Part shown: positions 37,670 through 50,254 of the stretch, piece after piece
How positions within the stretch are numbered: the stretch's first letter is position 1
Layout of the letters: each line of letters opens with the position of its first letter
DNA from: Isurus oxyrinchus
Lineage: Eukaryota
NCBI GenBank assembly: GCA_026770705.1
Contig: JANJGN010000009.1
Coordinates: 35,526,001 to 35,590,000, forward strand
Direction: 5' to 3'
DNA: 64,000 bases
Made by a program: the position numbers and the translations under genes
Notes under the pieces: generated by a model
Database searches by the model: none
What the model was told of the DNA's origin: nothing
The model's input: the letters and a program-made list of their open reading frames with translations, nothing else

Positions 37670-40290
37670 CAGGAACATAGGAAATAGGAGAAGGAGTAGG
37701 CCATTTGGCTTGTAGAGCTTACTCCGCCACGCAAACAAATCATGGCTGATCATCTACCTTTTACGTCATTGTTCCGCTATCCGCATATCTCTGGGGGCAA
37801 AATATTTCCGACAGCGTGTGGGGGGGGTGGGAACAGTAGGACCCACATGCCGACACGTAAAATGACGTGGGGTGAAGTCGGATGGAGCTCCTGGCATCAC
37901 CCCCTGTCATTTACATTTTTAGGTCGGCTGGCCTGTCAACGGCCTATTCAGGCCGTTAAGAAACCAATTCAGCTTATTAATGGACCTGCCCGTCCAACCT
38001 TAAGGTTGGCAGGCAGGCCAGGAGCCCAGGCGGGCTTGTGAAAAAACATGAAACCTCATCCACGGGTGGGATGAGGCTTCATGAGGGTTTTTAAATTTTA
38101 ATAAAAAGTTGCAATAAAAGTTATGGATTTGTCCCAACTCATGTGACAAATGGCAAGGAAATTTTTAAACTCCTTTATTAAAAGTTTTAAAACGGAGCCA
38201 ATCTCCCTGAGGCAGCACTTAGATTCAGGGAGATCTGCGCACTCTTTTGCAATCCTGGCTGAGGGAAACTACCCCCCCACCACCCGCACAGGGAGCGTAT
38301 AGCGCTTCCTGGTGGACATCATACTTTAACTGGCCTGCCCACGTAAAATGGTGGCCTACCCCTGACCCTGGCTGCTGATCTGGAGCCTGCCCACTCTCGC
38401 CCGCTCCCACACTTTCCCCCTATGGGGGCAAAATTTTTCCCTTGGTGTCATTAGAATCCAGAAATCTATTGATTTCCGTCTTGAACATACTCAATGGCTG
38501 AGCTTCCACAGCCCTCTGTGGTAGAGAATTCCAAAGGTTCGCCACCCCATGAGTAAAGAAATTCCTCATCTCAATCTTAAATGGCCTTCCCCTTATTCTG
38601 AGACTGTTTCCCCTGGTTCTGGACCCACCAGCCAAGGAAAACATCTGACCTACATGTTACCCTGTTATGCCCTGTAAGAATTTTGTAAGTCAATAAGATC
38701 ACCTCTCATTCTTCGAAACTCTAGAGAATACAGGCCCAGTTTCCTCAATCCTCAATCTCTTCTCAAAAGGCAATTCCGCCATCCCATGGAATAGTCAGTT
38801 GAACCTCCATTGCACTCCCTCTATGGCAAATACATCTTTTTTTAGATAATGAAAGCGAAACTATACAAAATACTCTGATGTGGTCTCACCAAGACTCTAT
38901 ACAATTGCAGCAAGACATCTGTACTCCTGTATTCAAATCCACTTTTGATGAAGGCTAACATAGCATTTGCCTTCCTAATTGCTTGCTGCACTTGCATGCT
39001 AGCCTTAAGTGACTCATGAATAAGGGCACCCAGGTTCCTGTGGACATCAACATTTGCCAACCTGTCACCATTTAAGTTGTTCTATTTTTTCTACCAAAGT
39101 GGATAACTCCACACTTATTGACATCATATTCCTTCTGCCATGTTTTTGCACATTCACTAGGCCTGTCCAAACCCCCTTGAAACCTCCTTGCATGCTCCTG
39201 ACAACTCACATTCCCATCTAGATTTGTGTCATCAGCAAATTTGAAAATATTACATTTGGTTCCCACATCCAAATCATTTATATAGATTGTGAATAGTTGC
39301 GCCCAAGCACTGATCCTTGCAGTACCCCACTAGTAACAGCCTGCCATCCTGAGAATTACCCGTTTATTCCTACTCTCTGCTTGCTGTCTGTTAACCAATT
39401 TTCAATCCATAGCAGTATATTCCTTCAGTCCCATGTGCTTTAATTTTGTTTACTAACCCCCTGTGTGGGACCTTATTGAAAGCCTTCTGAAAATCCAAAT
39501 ATGCCATAACTACTGGTTCTCCTTTATCTATGCGACAAATAACATACTATTTTATTTTCATAAATCCATGTTGACTCTGCCCAATCATATCATTATTTTC
39601 CAAGTGTCCAGTTATCACATCCTTCTTAATAGATTCTAACATTTTCCCTATTACTGTCGTCAAACTAATAGGTCTGTAGTTTTCTCTCTCCCTCCCTTCT
39701 TATATAGTGGGGTTACATTTGCTACTTTTCAGTCTGCAGGAACCTTTCCAGAATCTGTAAAATTTTGAAAGATAACCACCAATGCATCCATTATCTCTAT
39801 AGCCATCTCCCTCAACACTCTGGGATACAGCTCATCTGGTCCAGGGGATTTGTCGATCTTTAATCCAATTAATTTTTTGAATACTACCTCTTTATTAATA
39901 CCAATTTCTTTACGGTCCATAGTTTCACTAGTCCTTTGGTTCCCTAGTATTTCTGGGAGATTTTCTATGCCTTCCACCATGAAGAGACAAATTAATTGTT
40001 TAGTTTCTCTGCCATTTCCCTATTCTCCATTATAAATTCTGCTTTATCCGCCTGTAATGGATGCACACTTGTCCTTACTAATCTTTTCCTTTTCACATTC
40101 CTAAAAAACGCTTTTATGTTACTTGCTAGCTTGCATTCATTTCCTCTTTCCCCTTTTTCAAAATCAGTTTCTTGGTCATCCTTTGCTGGATTCCGAATTG
40201 CTCCCAATCCTCAGGCTTATCACTTTTTCTGGCAACCTTATAGCCCACTTCCTTTGATTTAATGCAATCTTAAACTTCTTCAGTTAGCCA
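37670..40290 (-). mobile_element. CR1 (family A) ORF2 3' half with tail, split by a MITE
   Basis: LKIDKSPGPDELYPRVL, KFADDTNL, KCGVIHFGRKN, LYRVLVRPH, SRTRGNSLRIRG..RNFFT..LWNSLPQ. Confidence 0.9.
37795..38441. mobile_element. ~650-bp Harbinger-type MITE inserted in the CR1 tail
   Basis: Termini gggcaaaat / aaatttttccc, central catgaaacctcatcc..ggatgaggcttcatg hairpin, flanks tgg/ttg. Confidence 0.8.
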
Positions 40291-40379
40291 AGGCGAGAAG
40301 ATGGCAAAGAGCTTGCTCCTTGAAATGCTGCAGTACACCCACAGTGTTGTTAAGAAGGGAGTTCCAGGATTTTGACCCA

Positions 40380-41570
40380 TGTAAGTATAAGAGTAAACAA
40401 ATCTTACTGTATTTATGCAGGACATTAATGAAGCCACACCTGGTGTAGTTTGTGCAGTTTTGGTTTCTTTACCTAAGGAAGAACATATTTGCTCAAGTAA
40501 GAATGCAGTGCAGTTTCTCTGGACTTGTTTTTGGGATGAGAGGATTTTCCAAGAGCAAAGATTGAGTAGAATGGGTCAATATTCTCTGGAGTTAGGAGAA
40601 TGATAGATGATTGAAATGAATGATAGATTATTGAGACACATTAAATTCGTAAGGGGCTTAATGCTAAGAATATGTTTTCCCTAGCTGGGGAATCTAGAAC
40701 ATAGGTGACTGGATTTAATGCAGTCCATTGTGTTGGGAACCATGGTAGCCAGACCCACTTAATCAGATGCTGGCGTCCATCTATCAGGTCGTGACAAAAC
40801 CTGCCCTGATTGAGGAGGGCAGAAGGGGCTTACGTGGGATTCCCAGCTGGCACTAGCGGGATATCAATTAGACTCATTAATGGGCCAATCGACACTCGTT
40901 ATCCCTGAGTCCACCAAAATTTAGTGGTTACTCAGGGATTAAATGGGGGCCACACAGCTTTCCCAAGCCCTTGGTAGGCTGTCCTACAAACCCTGTCGGG
41001 TTTCCCAGTGGCCTTCTGGGGGGGGAAGGTGGCTGTTCCTCACATTCAGGCACATTGTGCCTGATTGAGGGACCCAGCATCTGGCAAGGGGCTGGTTGCT
41101 GAAAGCAAAACTCTTGCTCTTGCCTCTGACCCATCGTCCCCCCTCTCCTGTGACCCCATCTCACGATCAAATCCCATCTTCATTCACCTCTGATTGCCCA
41201 CAGCTTTTGGCAGGTGGGACATCTGACACCTGGGACCCCAATCGTGGGGAAGTATTGACGGTGGCCATTTAAGTGCCTGAAGGGCACTTGATTCTGTCAG
41301 GCCAACCCAACAGAATTGATGGGGGTTTCCCAGCCAGCCCTTCAACTGGGAACCCCTTCAGCCTGACAAAATCCCAGCTGTGGTCACAATTTCAGAATAA
41401 GGGGTCAACTATTGAGGTGAGGAGTAATTTCTTCACTCAAAGAATTCTGGATCTTTGGAATTCACTACATTAAATGGCTGTGGATGCTCAGTTGATGAGT
41501 ATATTCAAAACTCAGATCAATTGATTTGTGGACACTAAGGGAATCAGGGATATGGGGATAGGTTTAGGGA
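40380..41570 (+). mobile_element. CR1 (family A) 3' fragment interrupted by a Harbinger-type element (~40706-41379)
   Basis: YSLE..gggaatctagaac before the insert, ggtcacaatttcagaataagggg..RSNFFTQRILDLWNSL after it. Insert begins gactggatttaat and has a ttaagtgcc motif. Confidence 0.7.
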
Positions 41571-41574
41571 AGCG

Positions 41575-41940
41575 TATTCCCTGGAATTTAGAATGTAAGG
41601 GGTGATTTCCTCTAAGTTTTCAAGGTATTAAGGGCACTTGACTTATATATCATTGACAGACTGGTTGGGGAATCTACAACTGCAAAATCCAAGACTTTCA
41701 AGACTGAAATTAGGAAAAAGTTCTCCACACAAAGGGCGGTAGAAGTTTGGAACTCTCTTTTGCAAACAGCAATTGATGATAGATCAATGGTTAATTTTAA
41801 ATCTTGAGATTTGTAGGTTTTTATTAACCATAGATGTTAATGGATAAGGGGCAAGGTGTTAGCTGAGATATGAGCCATGATCCCACTGAATGGCAGAACA
41901 AGCTCGAGATGCTAAAGGGAGTACTCATGTTCCCAAGTTC
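41575..41940 (+). mobile_element. CR1 3' end fragment
   Basis: ttccctggaatttagaa...ttctccacacaaagggcggtagaagtttggaactc...gaatggcagaacaagctcgag tail. Confidence 0.7.
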
Positions 41941-43756
41941 TGAAAGAACAACACACAGATTGCATTAGGCTATATAAGTTAGAGTGAAGTGCCCAGGCAT
42001 TGTAAAGTGCAGCAGCACCTGAAAAGAGCAAAATCTTATCATGCACTTCTTAAAATGTGATGGATAATTTGCATTTTTGTCAAGATTTTTTATTTTACAA
42101 GTACTATGTGAGTATACATTATGCCAATCCTGCTTAGAAATTGATATTACAGTCTTCGAAATGCATTTATTTAATAGAAATCTGTTTGCTTTGAAATAAT
42201 TGTCTGATTTAATGCTTTTGATGCCAAAGATGAGGATTAAGAAAGGAGATATGCAGTCTGTCGAGATAATAGGATTGACTTTAAGGCTAAGATTAGTGGT
42301 AACCACCTCAAGATGGGGTCAATAGACTGATCCCATCCTTAATGTTGACACTCTACCCACTACACGTAAACAGGGGCCTAGCAATGGGCAGCTGATCTGC
42401 CTGTCTTTTCCAGGTAGCGGACTCTTTTGAATATGCAAATCAGGGCCTAATTAAAGCTAACTGTTATTTTAGGATGGAGCCCATGTTTCGAATTGGTCAA
42501 AGAATGCACTGTGCACTTGTCAAATAGTTTCACTGGGAATGCTGTGGCTCCTCTAGACCCCACATATATAATCTGGGCTGCTGTCGCCCTGGGCTACCTC
42601 CCATCCTGACCTTGACACCAAGCCTGTACTTAGTTTGCCGCCAGTTCAGAGACCCCCCGGCCACATGATAATGAGTCTGTCTGAATTCGGTGAACTACAT
42701 CAGGACAACCATTTGATAGTGTTTGATTAAGACCCAGGCCTTAAACAACTTTATTTTCTTCACTGTCAGAATGGGGAGGTTTGCCAGCATACTCTGCCAG
42801 TCAGTTGCCCAAAAAGGTACTATTAAACCCAATGGGTGGCACTTTCAACTTTGCCAGGGGCATATAATAGGCAAAATCAGACCAGAGCGGATCGGCCTCC
42901 CATTATACATCCTGCTCAACTTTCCCTGAAAGCTTTGAGTTTTTCATTTTGTTAACAATTACTTTCAGCTTGAGCACCGATAAAGTTATTAGTCTGATAT
43001 ATGATGATATCCACACCAAAGGATTGATGACTACGATGTAATGGTCTTAGATGTACAAGAATAATTTCCAGCAGTGAGCATGAGTATAAATAATATGCAG
43101 TAGGGATTACAAGGCAGTCACATCATTGAAAAGTTTCCATGATATCATAAGCTCTGTGCAACTGCTAGGCTTATAACTGTCATATGTAAGATGAGATTGT
43201 TGTTTTGAAATCACTTCCAGAAATCCAAGTATTTCTTCTATATATACTGAAAATTTAGTACAAAATATATTCACTTTTTCCTTAATTTATTTTGCTATCA
43301 GAAGGTGCCCTGCAGTTAGTGAATGATATTCTCCACACTGGAAGATTAATGATTGTGATATAATCACTGAAAGTGATAACTACAGTTAATTACAGGAAAG
43401 TAACTATCAGTTAACATTAGATAAGAATCTTCAGAACAACAGAAGATTGTAAAAACAAACATGTACAGTTGAAGATCAACCTGGCTCCTGCCTTCTTACA
43501 TTCCCCTTCCTTCTAATTATATCTACATGCAACTTTCTCTTTAGCTAATTCAAACTACTTGCTTTATTGGCCTTTCTGGTAATGTACCATTCAATTACCT
43601 TTTGGGTTCAGAAGTTCTGCCCAACTTCTGTTCCTTCTCCCACTTCTGAATTACTAAAACTTCTGACCCTTGATATTTGAACTGTTTATGATTGATGATC
43701 AGCTTTCTCAATTCCATTCATTATTTTGAAAAATTAGCTCAAAGTATCTTTTCCAT

Positions 43757-44451
43757 TGGCAAAATTATTAGCTCGGTGGGCGGGTCCATGCCTGACCTGC
43801 TCAAGTGTACAATGACGTGCGTTAACGTTGGGCGAGTGTCCCGACGTCAACGTGCGGTCGCATGATCTTTTGTTCGGAAGGTGCGTGTCAGAGTCGGCAG
43901 CTTGCCCGCCGACAATTAAAAGGCTTGTTAAGGCCATTAAATTATCAATTAAGTTGAATTTTTTGGTGCCCGTCCAACCTTACGGTTGGCGGGCAGACAA
44001 AAAGGCCAAGCGGCCTTTGCACTTTTTAGCACACCTCATCCGCAGGAGGGATGAGGTTTCCTGAAGCAATTAAGAATAAAATAAGCATTTTAAAACTTAA
44101 TTAATAACACATCCCTGCTCATGTGACAGTCACATGAGGGGACATGTTTCATTACGTTTTTATTTTCTTTATTTTTTTTATATAACTCCTCATCCCCCTG
44201 AGGCAGCTCTGTGCCTCAGGGAGATTATGAAGTGCGCACTCATACGCATGCGCAAAGTTTGTGCTTGCTCCGCACGCATTCCACCACACGCCCCCCCATC
44301 CCCTCCCACAAGCAGCTCTGAGCACTGCTGCTCATGTTTCATGCTGGGTGGGCCTTAATTGGCCCGCCCGTGCGAAATCCCCTTTCCGGCCACGATTGCG
44401 GGTTCCCGACCACCCCCGCGAAGCCTGCTCGACATGGGTGAAATTCTGCCC
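43757..44451. mobile_element. ~690-bp Harbinger-type MITE
   Basis: TIRs tggcaaaatt / aaattctgccc with perfect CAT TSD (43754-56, 44452-54). Confidence 0.85.
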
Positions 44452-44743
44452 CATAAGGAAATGAACGCAACTTCCTTCCCTCCAAACTTAAATTTCCTAG
44501 CCACAGGCATCTAATAAAGTATTATTTACAATTCTGTCAGAATTGCTGTCAAAATCAATCATGACAAGTGTGAAACTCGAGCAGACACCAGCTAACCTGT
44601 GGCCAGGCGTTTGCTACCACTATGACATGTGGTTTCAGGAACCCTAAAACAGGCGCCATCCCTGCAAACAGGGTGTCAGCAGAAATCATCCTACACCAAG
44701 GGCAAGGGACAACTTTATGTGTGGCACTTATGGCAAACATCAC

Positions 44744-45440
44744 GGGAAGAATTTTTGGGTCAGCGAGCGGGGACAGGGCCCACTCGTCAATGTGTAAAAT
44801 TACACGCGGTGACATTGGGCGTCTGTCCCGACATCACCGCACATCATTTAGATTTTCAGTTTGGCGGGCGCGCAGCCGACTTGGCAGTGCGGTCACCAAA
44901 CTGTCAAAGGCCTATTAAGGCCATTTAAATATCAATTAAAACAATAACCTGAGCTGCCCATCCAACTTTAAGTTTGGTGGGCAGGCGAAGAGCCCAGGCG
45001 GCCTTCGCATTTTTCATGAAACCTCATCCACGGGCGGGATGAGGTTTCATGAAGTGTTTATTAAGTAAATGAAGAATTTTCAAACATTTGATAAACATGC
45101 CCTAGCTCGTGTGATGCTGCCACATGAGGGGTCTTGTCTAAATAATTACTTTCTGACTTTAATAAGAACTTACGTTCAAAACTTAATCTCCCTGAGGCAG
45201 TTCCGTGCTTCAGGGATGTTTCTACGCTCTTTTGTGCACATGATTGAAGAGCGCAGGCCCCGACTCAGAGAATCCCCCTCTGCCCGCACAATGAGCACTC
45301 AGCACTTCCGGGTGCGTATCACAGTGGGTGGGCCTTAATTGGGCTGCCCACATAAAATGGTGGCGCGACCCCAATCGGGGTGTCGATCGAGTTTGTGCCC
45401 GCCCTCGCACGGCTCCCCAGACAGCAGGAAATTTCTGCCC
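44744..45440. mobile_element. ~690-bp Harbinger-type MITE
   Basis: TIRs gggaagaattt / aatttctgccc with perfect CAC TSD (44741-43, 45441-43). Perfect 17-bp internal hairpin. Confidence 0.88.
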
Positions 45441-45827
45441 CACCTTTCCAGAATCAGCTGGTTCAGCCATCAAGAGAAGCGCAGCAAAGACCTGAGGCTG
45501 TATTCCCATCAACGCTTGCAGCTGGAAGGGGGCCAACCAACCAACCTGTTTACAATTCTAAATAGAAATTGGTGTTCTGTAAGTAATCCAGAAATCAAAT
45601 GACTGGTTGTGTGCAGTTCAGAAATTATGAATTTTCATGGTCTGCAGCCCATACTTTTGCATTTTTTTTATTCTGGAGGTAATCGCTTACTAGGAATATG
45701 AATTTGGTTTTCTTATAACATATATGTCTCAGCTGCCGGGCAAATCCATGCTTAAATTTCAGAAACCAATTAAAGCTTTTCACACTGATTGTCACTATTT
45801 ATTTAAAAAACACAAATAGACTTAAAT

Positions 45828-46135
45828 ACAAAAACCTGGAAAAACTCAGCAGGTCTGGCAGCATCTGTGGAGAGGAACGCAGTTAACGTTTCGAGTCCCT
45901 ATGACTCTTCAACAGAACTAAATAAAAATAGAAAAGAGGTGAAATATAAGCTGGTTTAAGTTGGGGGGGGGGGGAGGTGCGACAAGTAGAGCTGGATAGA
46001 GGGCCAGTGATAGGTGAAGATAGCCAAAAGATGTCACAGACAAAAGGACAAAGAAGTGTTGAAGGTGTTGATATTATCTAAGGAATGTGCTAATTAAGGG
46101 TGGAAAGCAAGACAAGCAAGGTACAGATAGCCCTT
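45828..46135 (-). mobile_element. Penelope-like terminal fragment
   Basis: Closely similar to 10845-11155. Confidence 0.75.
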
Positions 46136-46797
46136 ATCTCAGTCATGTTGCAGCCAGCGACACCTCAAGTGGATGAAGCAGGCTGACAATACCTGTAGCT
46201 ATTGTCATAGACACTTTAGAACTGTCATTTCAGGAGTGTCATCGGTAACATCCTAAGGACACCTTGAGCATGTGATGTTTATACACTAACTAAGCCCCAT
46301 TATTTAGAAAAGCTGGAGAGAATTGATTTCACTTTGAACCTCAAGTTCATAAAGTTCAGCTTTGAAGTTCAGTGGTAAGATTCTGTAAGCACTTGTAATT
46401 GTTGGTCGGGTGTAACTTGGGACAAATTATGTCATAACCTCATTCCAAACTCAGGTTTTTAAATTTTATGATTCCTAATGTGACTATTTTTTCCACTAGT
46501 TAGGGAGCTGGTGATAGCCAATGAGTGAACAGATGCTCCCAAACATGCCTTCCTGATTAAAATATTCTGCAGATTTTAAAACGTGCAAAATATAAAAATA
46601 TCATTCAATTATAATGGCCTATTTTAAAAATAGCTATAAGTGTCCTGATTAAACGCCCTTCATGGTGAAATATTATGTGTGCATCTTCCTGTTTACATCT
46701 TGTTATTTGTCCCTTAAGGTTTCAGCATCCTTTCAGCAACAAACTGTAGAATAAAATAAAGTTTTCCCAATGCCCTAGAGGTTATTGAAAAGATATT

Positions 46798-47600
46798 GAG
46801 CTGGATTTTCATCATGGAGATTGGTAGCGGAAGTTGGAAAAATTCCTGCTTGGCCCCCACGTCTCGGGAGGAAGTGCCAGCAAACTTGGGATTTACATTT
46901 TTGGGGGGTGGGTGCTACCCGGAATCAGGCCCACCGCCCTGAAAACAGTTCAAAGGCAGCCATAGGGGCTGCTGAAAGTTAAGGCAGGTTGTTTAATGAA
47001 GAACAGTCCTCTAACCCTCACCCTTCACATTCCCTTACCCCACACACTCCCCATGTTCCATCATGTCAACTCATGCTACCTCATGCCCCCACCTACTCCC
47101 CATAGCACTTTGTTGCCCTCCAAGCCAAGCTATATTCCTCCACCCACCCCCTGGCCCTCATACCCTCCATGCTAAGCGTGACACTTCCATGTCTATTCAC
47201 CCACTATACACTCTGTGCAGAACCAACGGACCCTACAGTAACAAAAGGATATGTGAAAAGCTTCGAAAAAAGTCATTCATTCATAACTTTCTATTTTCTT
47301 AAAAAAATCTCTTCAAATTGGAGCCCTATAAAAGTGTCAATCATCCAGACCCTTTAAATTATCGATAGCTGAAACTGTAAGCACTTGACCCTTCTATCTT
47401 GTCTAAATAAACATTGTGCAATTGACAATAGAGCAGAGAACAAAAGCTGTCAATCAAACAATATTTTGCCCCGGGCACAGCTGTTTCAAAAGTCTAATGG
47501 ATGTCTAGGCTCTCAGCTAAGAATGCATAAGGAGGCTAAGTTCAGCAGGGGTCATTGCCAAATAAGGCTAGCGCATTCCACTCTTTAGGTATGTGAAGGG
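46798..47600. mobile_element. Left arm and middle of the fold-back Harbinger-type family
   Basis: Starts gagctggattttcatc. Collinear with 59323-60080 (cattcattcataactttc, ataaaagtgtcaat). Confidence 0.65.
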
Positions 47601-47657
47601 TAGTCACTTTTGACTGGAGTATAAAACTGCAGTTAGGCTTTTAAAAAAAGAGACAGA

Positions 47658-48333
47658 GGACTGGATTTTGCCTTAAAGGATGAGGCCAGTTAGAAGGCTT
47701 GTAAGCTGGCAAATTTGCATTGCATCACCAGTTGCCCACATTCTAATCCGCCTTCCTGCAATTTTTCTAGAGGTGGCTTCTTGGAGAGGACAGACTGTTG
47801 TCTGGTAGCAGCAGACAGGCAGTTAGCCCAATTAATGACCCACTTGGGGCAGCTGAGGATTCCAGGGGAATTTTCCCAGTGTCAGACCAGCACCCTGCCA
47901 AACTCAGATACAGTTTGCAGCTCAAAGGCAGCCTCCCAGTGAAAAGCTATAATGCCTTTGGGGTGTTATCTCACTGTCTCTTGAGGGTGCCACAAAAGTG
48001 AGAAGGCCACATCCTTCCCATGGGACCTCCACATTCTATCCTATACTGCCTTCTATGAGCCCCCATTTTGAGGTGCCTTCATGCTCTCCTACCTGCTTCA
48101 GCATTGCACACCTCTGTCAATGGGGCTGCTGTCATCCAGTGCTGTGGACCCCCACTATTTTGCTTACTGCCTTTGGAACCAGACTGCCATCATTAATTGG
48201 AGGATGAACGCATCGGTGATCTCGTAATTGACCGCTTCCTGGAAGATTCCAACTGTCAGCGCGCCTCTGACCCATGCGTTGTCACGACCCAAAAATACTT
48301 TGGGGTCCCTAAAATGTTGGGAAAATTCAGCCC
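47658..48333. mobile_element. Harbinger-type non-autonomous element (~680 bp)
   Basis: Termini ggactggatttt / gaaaattcagccc, flanks aga/aca. Confidence 0.55.
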
Positions 48334-49599
48334 ACAAATACTAGAGTCATTCTGCCTTTTAGAAGCAGGATATCATAGGTAATTATGTTGTGAGGTACTG
48401 TGGGAAGTTTGAAAAGAGTAAATTGAAGGAAGAGAGATTCATGGACTATAAATCATAATGCAGAGGAATTATTTTGTTTGAGTAAAATGACCAACTGTAT
48501 GCCCTTTACCTTGTATCAATACACATTTGTATATTGTACATATTTAACTTCAAGACTCTGATCATACCAATTACACTATACTTGTCACCTTACTGTGCAA
48601 TAAAGCACCTTTCAATGTTAACCAAACTTTTTTCACCTAGGTTTGATTTACCCCACAATTTCCTCCTCCACTGACAGTATTAGTGTCATGCTGCAGTCCT
48701 GTTTCATTTGTAATGGACGCACCATGGCACCTTATTTGCGTTACCATATTCCATTTGTAAGCCTAGACACTAAACATTAGTGGGCTGTTCGTATTACAAA
48801 GGATCACAATGAAATCGAATTCTAGCCACAAGTGTCCATGCACTTACAAACACAGTCTTCAGAGCAGGGATGTTGAGCCTAATTGTATTGTCCTCATTGT
48901 TATATCTCATCTAGCATTCTTCACGGGTTTAAAAGCAATTCATTATTCAAATTATTAAACTTCAGGAGACCTTATCTCTCTGTAAAATAACTCTGCAGAT
49001 GCATTAGATGACTGCAACCAACTTCAATCTTGTTGATGATAGCAGAGCCTAATTTTGCCTTCAGTTCTTTTCTCTTCCACCTATTCTCTACTCGTGTCTT
49101 TTTTTCCTAAATATTTATTGGCTAATCCATTCCTCATCTTCAGATGATGCTCAGCAGCATCATAATCATTGATTCCTCTAATCCAGCTCAAACGTGTGGT
49201 TCTCCTCACAATGGCAGAATTTTTTTTACCATCCATGCAAACTCTCTTGCCTTGCATTAAAACAATTCTGCTCCTCCCTTAGGTCCTTTTGCCAGTTATC
49301 TTAAATCCGTGTGCTTTCGCTATTGATGCATCCATCAGATTCTCCTTATTTAAGCTATCAAAATCCCTTCGAATTTTGAACACACTTCACACTGAATTAC
49401 ATTTGAAAAGTGCTGATAGTTGATCTTTAGACACAGATGCCAGTAATTCTACACCAGCATTAGGAATTGGAGAAAGAATGTTGGCTAGGGTACAGACAGT
49501 ATATTTTCATCCTTAGTGTTGCAGGTATTCAGAACTCTGTACTAGGAATATAAAAACATATCTGAAGGAGAACTTCCTAATCTTCTCTGAGTAGTGGCA

Positions 49600-49730
49600 A
49601 ATGATCTCTAGAGTCCCTCCGAACGGGCAGATGTAGCCTTAGGTTAACATCACACCTCCAACTATGTAGTACTCCCTGCAGTGAAATGTCAGCCTAATTT
49701 ATGCATCCAAGTGTTTGCCTTGGATTTGAA
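49600..49730 (-). mobile_element. Diverged Deu-domain-like SINE fragment
   Basis: gggcagatgtagcc...cacctccaac...actccctgcagtg...gtcagcct resembles the Deu-SINE core from memory. Confidence 0.4.
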
Positions 49731-50254
49731 GGCACTGTATCATGCCACACCTATTAGCATGCTCTGAATCAATTCAGGTTTAATATAATTCGAGCAGAAT
49801 GGGCCTGTTGTGTACGGTTCAAAACGCTACTTCGGCAAAGCACATATGTAACATCATTAAACTGTCGACAGATCATTTTCAAGTACAATTTATGCTGATT
49901 CTGAGTGACTGGATAACTATACATTATAATCATGTAATCTCCATGGAAATAAAAATAAAAAATGCAATAAATAAACAACAAAGAAAATCTGTGCATGTTA
50001 GTTAAAAAGTAATGAACGAAAATGCAATACAAGGATAATTAGATTGAAGGTAAACTGATCAATAAATCATTTTTGGATTTTGTATTCCTCTATAATGCAA
50101 AACAACTTTGAAAACAGTCAAAATGCTGAATGCATCAACTTGGGGAAGTAGCCGTAATTAGCACGGAAAAGCTAAACAAGTCCTATTTCACACTCATCTC
50201 CATCACTGTGAGATCTGGAAAAGATACAAGGCTTGTCATCTAAAAGATAATCCT

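Noticed and set aside
41965-42040. Minus-strand acceptor ttttgctcttttcag and miRNA-seed-like aaagtgc/agcagcac words
   Set aside because: No hairpin or recognisable peptide. Chance-level motifs.
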